DNA of 32,000 bases, from the NCBI GenBank assembly GCA_029856625.1, contig JAHKLG010000001.1, positions 20,361-52,360 of the forward strand. The letters are read 5' to 3'. A model generated the notes under the pieces. It was given only the letters and a program-made list of their open reading frames with translations, searched no databases and was not told the origin of the DNA. Position numbers and translations under genes: made by a program. Every line of letters starts with the position of its first letter. Within the stretch, counting starts at the first letter, position 1. Origin of the DNA: Candidatus Njordarchaeota archaeon. Its GTDB lineage: Archaea > Asgardarchaeota > Njordarchaeia > Njordarchaeales > Njordarchaeaceae. This document shows, in pieces, positions 28,101 to 32,000 of this stretch.

Positions 28101-29225
28101 CAGAAAATGCTAAAGAAAGGCTACGTATTAACTGAGGAGGAAGCTGAAGAATACTTAAAGAGGGTGCTAGAAAAGTTCTTACGGGCCCAAATTGATCCAG
28201 GGGAGGCGGCGGGGACAGTAGCTGCACAATCAGTGAGCGAACCCGCAACACAATTAACGCTTAGAACATTTCACTGGGCGGGAGTAGCGGCATTTAGCAT
28301 TACCACTGGTCTCCCCAGGCTTAAGGAAATATTTGATGCGGTTGAAAAACCGAGCACTCCGATGATATCAGCGTATCTAACTGATGAATATAGAAAAAGT
28401 AAGAGAAAATCTGAGAAAATATTCAATAAAATAAGAGCCGTGACTATTCTTCATCTCATCAAGCAAGATGGATTGCAAATAGAACCCGGTGAAAACAGGA
28501 TAAAAGTAGTTTTAAGTAGAGAAAGACTAAGACAACACAAGCTTTTACCAGAAGATATTAAATCATCTATTGAGAAAATCGGAAAGGTGCGCGTTGAGAG
28601 CCCAAGTACCTATGTATTATATGTTTACCCAGCGGACTCAAACATAACTCTTACAGAAATCTATAGAAAATTGAGAGAGAGGGTCTTTAAGGGAGTAAAA
28701 GAGTATGAAAGAGCACAACTTAGAAAATCAGAGGAATTTGATGAATATTATATTGTTATAGCCGGATCCGATATCACACATCTCCTATATGTAGAAGGCA
28801 TTGATATTTCGCGACTCGAAACAAATAACATCCACGTCTTTGCCAAGATCTTCGGTATCGAGGCGGCGAGGAGGTTAATAGCGAAAGAAGCTAAGAATGT
28901 TCTAGATCAGTACGGTTTAGATGTTGACATGCGCCATATTCTCTACATAACGGATGTAATGACGATGCATGGTCGTATAGAGGCTATAGGGAGATATGGA
29001 ATTGCAGGAAAGAAATTAAGCGTATTAGCAAGGGCAGCGTTTGAGGAAACTGGGAAACATCTCTTCAGAGCTGCTGCTGCAGGAATGATAGATCCCTTAC
29101 TGGGAGCAACCGAAAACGTCATTGTAGGAGGTATCCCGCCCGTGGGTACAGGGATGGTTAAACTCGGTTTCTCGAAAAGGTTAGGGATTCCTAAGCGTTC
29201 TAACGATAGAAAAGCTAGCTCTTAA
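25170..29225 (+). CDS. rpoA: Unsplit DNA-directed RNA polymerase subunit A (A' and A'' in one polypeptide); start set at MYFEIPKK, track start is 25113
   Basis: N-terminal Zn CEYCGLRRREGETGCIGHFG, YNADFDGDEMNVHLP catalytic Asp triad, bridge/trigger EPATQLTLRTFHWAGVAAFSITTGLPRLKEIFDA, C-terminal NVIVGGIPPVGTGMVKL. 'ggggagatt' RBS before ATG 25170. Confidence 0.97.
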   Translation: MYFEIPKKLASIRFGIFSPEDIRKLAVVRVDQPTLYDEEGRGFPGSPLDRRLGAPDNRERCEYCGLRRREGETGCIGHFGYISLAMPVYHLGFVKQIEKILNAICEKCGRLTLPPEKREKYWARMKEFIERYGYPSLEIAKEVLSEAIKEKKCHICGHEKKGKFIWSKDYLTFIKRIEVSSEKIEELKKLERREFFFQSFNRRKPRIVKGRGNKYYEHRYLTAEQIRQILEMIYDPKEDMSPEEREERRKDVFLMGFHPDYALPQWTILKDLPVPPITVRPPVITADGKRSEDHLTITLRDIVRINEQLKNKLRGGPSPVIESNWQKLQKLVMALFGLHRVGEIKLESLYVKGIVHRLSGKEGRFRHNLSGKRVDYSGRAVISPDPYLSIDEIGVPEKMARILLVPEVVNELNIERLRQLVINGPDNYPGAVFIWQKKGEIYQKISLEVFKGVEERKAKALELKPGDIVERHLMDGDILVFNRQPTLHRISMMGHYVRVLPYNTLRLHLHACPPYNADFDGDEMNVHLPRSLETRAEISTIMEVKRHIITPRYGGPIVGPKQDYITGAYLLTKDDVLLSKEEASQLLFYAGINYLPEPTTILGNKPYWSGRDIFSQIIPRYIFYEREIKSTLCGKKEQGKCKVKIWNGKILEGVIDKNAIGAEKPENLIQRIIDRWGYDAGKKFLNSMGAMIIRYLTDRGFSLTLWDVRLPKEAKDRIREILHEYVEKANKLVMQYLEGRLEPDPGKTVEDTFEDRLIEILDEARTKAGEVVMKCMPMDSQFMVMTVTGARGDETNIQQVLACIGQPVVRGKRLRRGYDQRTLPHFKKGDVGPYAGGFTINSFTSGMSPIEYFFHNAGGRDSLVDTAVRTADSGYFYRRLVNALQDSRIEYDGTARMMSGHIIQFKYGGDGIHPGKSFHGKLMDYESLFYELLVKREENSKKAKKTRKQWPKYYNRVISTLAEKTSKAVAEEVKSIFQKMLKKGYVLTEEEAEEYLKRVLEKFLRAQIDPGEAAGTVAAQSVSEPATQLTLRTFHWAGVAAFSITTGLPRLKEIFDAVEKPSTPMISAYLTDEYRKSKRKSEKIFNKIRAVTILHLIKQDGLQIEPGENRIKVVLSRERLRQHKLLPEDIKSSIEKIGKVRVESPSTYVLYVYPADSNITLTEIYRKLRERVFKGVKEYERAQLRKSEEFDEYYIVIAGSDITHLLYVEGIDISRLETNNIHVFAKIFGIEAARRLIAKEAKNVLDQYGLDVDMRHILYITDVMTMHGRIEAIGRYGIAGKKLSVLARAAFEETGKHLFRAAAAGMIDPLLGATENVIVGGIPPVGTGMVKLGFSKRLGIPKRSNDRKASS

Positions 29226-29787
29226 GCAAATCCTCAGCGACGGCTACTACCAGAATATCCTCAAGGGTCTCCTCTAGACTTTTCTTAGCCTTTCTCTCCT
29301 CCTGATTAACCTCTGTACTTTCTATGGCTTTCAGTTCAGGTAATTCTATTTCACGAATTTCACTTCCTCTACTTTTTACTGTAGACACTGGTGTCATAGT
29401 TTGAACAGAAGCTTGTGAGATTATATCACTGATTCTTTGAGCTTGCATGATATTTTCATTGAGTTTTCCGATAAGCGAATTAAGCACAGATACTAATTCC
29501 CTTAATTCTCTGATTGTTTTCAAATTGCTTGCTTTTTTCGGTTGCTGCTTCCTCGCGATTCTTTTTTCTCGCACCGCTCGCTTCCCAAAGAGTCTCTTAT
29601 AAAAATCTTCGAAGGCTTGTGCAATCACTTCCTCAATCGGGATACTTAATACCTCGGATGCGTCAATCATTTTCTCGTAGAGGTCTTTCGAGAATACAAG
29701 CATTACCTTCACAAGGTTTCTGTCCCGATCTTCATGAACGATTTTAGAATAAGGATCTAGAGACGCGTAGTTCAATCCGAATCCCAT
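29215..29787 (-). CDS. Uncharacterised Lys/Glu-rich, likely coiled-coil protein (start set at MGFGLNY; track start 29850 lies in the GC-rich RNA island)
   Basis: 190 aa: MLVFSKDLYEKMIDASEVLSIPIEEVIAQAFEDFYKRLFGKR ... TIRELRELVSVLNSLIGKLNENIMQAQRISDII ... Convergent with rpoA (11-nt overlap). Confidence 0.6.
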   Translation of the reverse strand: MGFGLNYASLDPYSKIVHEDRDRNLVKVMLVFSKDLYEKMIDASEVLSIPIEEVIAQAFEDFYKRLFGKRAVREKRIARKQQPKKASNLKTIRELRELVSVLNSLIGKLNENIMQAQRISDIISQASVQTMTPVSTVKSRGSEIREIELPELKAIESTEVNQEERKAKKSLEETLEDILVVAVAEDLLKS

Positions 29788-29805
29788 ATAATTAATAGAG
29801 AGTTT

Positions 29806-30168
29806 AGGGGGCACGGCAGTCCCCGGTGGGGAAGCCTCCCGCCCCCACAATTCCGAGCCTTAACTCCTCCCCGCGATATCCCGGAGCACAGAGGCGCCGG
29901 GTTAGGCGCGCTCCCTTCCGGGCCTACGCCGATTCCCCGCCGCCATAAATCGGGCCCATAGCTACCCGCCTTCCAGCGGGTAACTATGGGCACGCCCCTG
30001 TCCCCGGGAGGCGGGGAGTCATTGTCTCGGCTCGGAATCTAGGGGCGGGTTTTAACTCCCCCCTCCGGGGATTTTCGGGCCCGCCGTATCGGGGATTTGC
30101 GGCCGGAACCCCTACAGGGGCTCCGGGAGGGACCCCGAGCCCCTCGCCCTAGCCGTGCCATTCCCCCG
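29806..30168 (-). ncRNA. ffs: Signal recognition particle (7S) RNA
   Basis: GC-rich island in an AT-rich genome. Minus-strand has SRP landmarks: GGCUAGG near the 5' end; CCCCUGUAG...CCGAUACGGCGGGCCCGAA; helix-6 hairpin 29955-29990 with GGAA loop; helix-8 ggcgUAGGcCCGGAAGGgAGCgcgcc (29899-29931); 5'/3' closing helix GGCACGGC/GCCGUGCC. Confidence 0.85.
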
Positions 30169-30192
30169 TGTAATTATATTCGCTATCCTACA

Positions 30193-30202
30193 ATTATATA
30201 AG
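30193..30202 (-). promoter_or_regulatory. TATA box for the SRP RNA gene
   Basis: Minus-strand cttatataat, centred about 27-30 nt upstream of the predicted RNA 5' end (~30167-30170). Confidence 0.6.
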
Positions 30203-30367
30203 AATATATCTCACTTGAACACTTTAATTTTTCTGATAGAAGATCACTAGACATATTTTTGCCAGAGATTTGAAGAGAGATAAAATTATTTATCGTTTAA
30301 GGATTTTAACAAATCAAGAATTAAACAATTAATATTCTTGGGGTCAAGAATTTGTTTCCTTGCGTTT

Positions 30368-30649
30368 TCATATCCTAGTTATTGATTGGATTTCCATGCT
30401 TACGCCCTCTATACTGGCAAATAAATCTTCTAGTTGTTTCACTTTTCCCTCTTCTTCTGGTATTATAAAGATAGCCACTAATTTATTAATACCGAAAGCT
30501 AGAGGCTCTATCTTGTAATCTTTTAGCTCTATATCACTTGGCAACCTTTCCTTTATCGTTTCTAACACATTCTCTAAATTCACATCAGGATCATCTGGGT
30601 AAATCTCAACTAAGACTGCATTATACGCAACCATAATTATCACCTTCAT
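30368..30649 (-). CDS. ef1b: Translation elongation factor aEF-1beta
   Basis: NLENVLETIKERLPSDIELKDYKIEPLAFGINKLVAIFIIPEEEGKVKQLEDLFASIEGVSMEIQSITRI. Confidence 0.9.
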   Translation of the reverse strand: MKVIIMVAYNAVLVEIYPDDPDVNLENVLETIKERLPSDIELKDYKIEPLAFGINKLVAIFIIPEEEGKVKQLEDLFASIEGVSMEIQSITRI

Positions 30650-30913
30650 CTATGGGTATTCATATCCGCATACCGGGCATTTTGCTGTATTACCGGCTTT
30701 TCGACACTTAGAGCAACGAATAATTATTCCTTCGCCGCAATTCGGGCACTGAAGAGCGATTGCTCCAATATCTCTGGGAGATATTACTTTTCCACAAGAG
30801 GAGCATCTAGGCATCTCAATATACCTAGGCTCAGTTACACTTCTTCTATCTCTTATTGTCGGCATTTCTTTTTCTTCTTCTCTTGCCAATCTAAAGAGCT
30901 CGGCAACTTTCAT
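30650..30913 (-). CDS. Small double Zn-ribbon protein (pairs with ef1b); true start may be ~30814 (MPRCSSCG)
   Basis: MPRCSSCGKVISPRDIGAIALQCPNCGEGIIIRCSKCRKAGNTAKCPVCGYEYP: four CPxCG-like knuckles. Confidence 0.85.
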   Translation of the reverse strand: MKVAELFRLAREEEKEMPTIRDRRSVTEPRYIEMPRCSSCGKVISPRDIGAIALQCPNCGEGIIIRCSKCRKAGNTAKCPVCGYEYP

Positions 30914-30992
30914 GCTCCCACCTTATGAAAAGTTTTAATGATATTAATGTGTGAAGAAACTCTTGATGCTGTTATATAAATTTTGGGGATTT

Positions 30993-32000
30993 ATGATGAA
31001 TCGGGAGAATTTTATTAGAAGCTTGAAGCCAGTACATGATATCAAATTGCGTAAAAATATGCTAATTTCGGAGCTCATTCAAGAATTTTCGAAGATTGGT
31101 GGATTTGTAGCGAAAAAAGTATATGAAGCGGCGAGGATTCTTGAGGATATGCTACTAGACGATAAAAGTGTGAACTTCCTATCCTTTCCAGCAGCAATAA
31201 TAGCTACTGGTTTACGAGGAGTAATTGTAGAAATTATCAAGAGGGGGTTCTTCGACGTAATAATAACTACCTGTGGAACGATTGATCATGATATCGCTAG
31301 GCTATATAAGAACTATTATCAAGGATATTTTGAGGCTGATGATGTGTGGTTAAGCGAAATGGATATACACAGACTTGGGAGCATCTTTATTCCAGTAGAG
31401 AGTTATGGGTTACCCATAGAGAAATTGACGAAAAAGTTAGTGGATGAATTAGTTACTAGAGGAATAGAGAAAGCATCATCTAGAGAGATTATTTGGATTT
31501 TAGCAGATATGATTGATCGGGAAGTAAAAAATAAAGAAGAGAGTATAATTTGGTGGGCTAAGAAGAGAGGAATTCCAATATATGTGCCAGGCATAACAGA
31601 TGGTGCATTCGGTTATCAGCTATGGCTTTTTACTAGAAACAAACGTATTCTAGTAGATATATTCAAAGATGAAACGGAACTAGCGGAGATAATATATAAC
31701 TCAGAAAGAACAGGAGCTCTTGTGATAGGAGGAGGAATTTCCAAGCATCACGTAATCTGGTGGAATCAGTTTAAAAACGGGTTAGACAGGGCTGTATACA
31801 TAACAACAGCCGTGGAGTGGGATGGCTCTCTCTCTGGTGCTCGAACACGGGAAGCGATATCTTGGGGGAAAATCGCTAAAAGAGCACAACACGTAACTGT
31901 TGAAGGAGATGCTACTTTAATTTTACCTCTCTTAGCGAGTTACCTAATAGATAAAGTTAATGAGAGAGAGAATAGATCATTAAGTTCTTTTTTAACATAA
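30993..32000 (+). CDS. dys: Deoxyhypusine synthase (start set at MMNRENF; track start 30951)
   Basis: NLSF/FPAAIIATGLRGVIVEII, VIITTCGTIDHDIAR, GALVIGGGISKHHVIW, TTAVEWDGSLSGARTREAISWGKI (active-site Lys). Confidence 0.93.
   Translation: MMNRENFIRSLKPVHDIKLRKNMLISELIQEFSKIGGFVAKKVYEAARILEDMLLDDKSVNFLSFPAAIIATGLRGVIVEIIKRGFFDVIITTCGTIDHDIARLYKNYYQGYFEADDVWLSEMDIHRLGSIFIPVESYGLPIEKLTKKLVDELVTRGIEKASSREIIWILADMIDREVKNKEESIIWWAKKRGIPIYVPGITDGAFGYQLWLFTRNKRILVDIFKDETELAEIIYNSERTGALVIGGGISKHHVIWWNQFKNGLDRAVYITTAVEWDGSLSGARTREAISWGKIAKRAQHVTVEGDATLILPLLASYLIDKVNERENRSLSSFLT

Noticed and set aside
29772-29993. 73-aa plus-strand ORF in the GC-rich island, and the first 21 residues of the 29215..29850 minus-strand ORF
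   Set aside because: They read through the SRP RNA helices; composition (RWKAGSYGPDLWRR..., MWGREASPPGTAVPPK) is an artefact of structured RNA.
1-32000. tRNA genes, CRISPR arrays, transposases or defence-gene cassettes
   Set aside because: Intergenic regions were read on both strands. No TpsiC-like (GGTTCRANNC) cloverleaf context, no regularly spaced repeats, and no transposase, Cas or toxin-antitoxin signatures were seen. I cannot exclude intron-containing or divergent tRNAs without tRNAscan-SE.

Overview
Archaeal chromosomal segment with a low-GC background, probably hyperthermophilic. I read it as a core-genome window with some odd inserts, not a mobile or defence island. Recognisable genes by motif: rpl23, rps9, ornithine carbamoyltransferase, Rpo7, AspRS, Xaa-Pro peptidase, a presenilin-type GxGD aspartyl protease, exosomal Csl4, a PIN/KH/PilT-like ATPase, an STT3/AglB oligosaccharyltransferase, a TtuA/Ncs6-like tRNA thiolase, TFS/Rpo-associated Zn ribbon, Topo VI subunit B, an MglA-like small GTPase, an unsplit RNA polymerase RpoA (A' and A'' in one ORF), EF-1beta, a Zn-ribbon protein and deoxyhypusine synthase. 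A GC-rich island at ~29.8-30.17 kb on the minus strand reads as SRP (7S) RNA. The unsplit rpoA is consistent with TACK lineages such as Korarchaeota, Aigarchaeota or Thaumarchaeota, but I cannot place the organism from this window. No tRNA, CRISPR array, transposase or clear defence system was seen. The most interesting items are: (1) a degenerate asparagine-synthetase-like protein that appears to have lost its PP-loop and is coupled to top6B; (2) a THUMP-methyltransferase-like protein whose SAM-binding and NPPY motifs look eroded; (3) a 630-aa tandem beta-sandwich protein with no obvious signal peptide or TM segment, next to TPR and membrane proteins; (4) an uncharacterised coiled-coil ORF starting about 20 nt downstream of SRP RNA; (5) an MglA-like GTPase beside rpoA. 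All homology calls are from reading motifs by eye; no database search was run.
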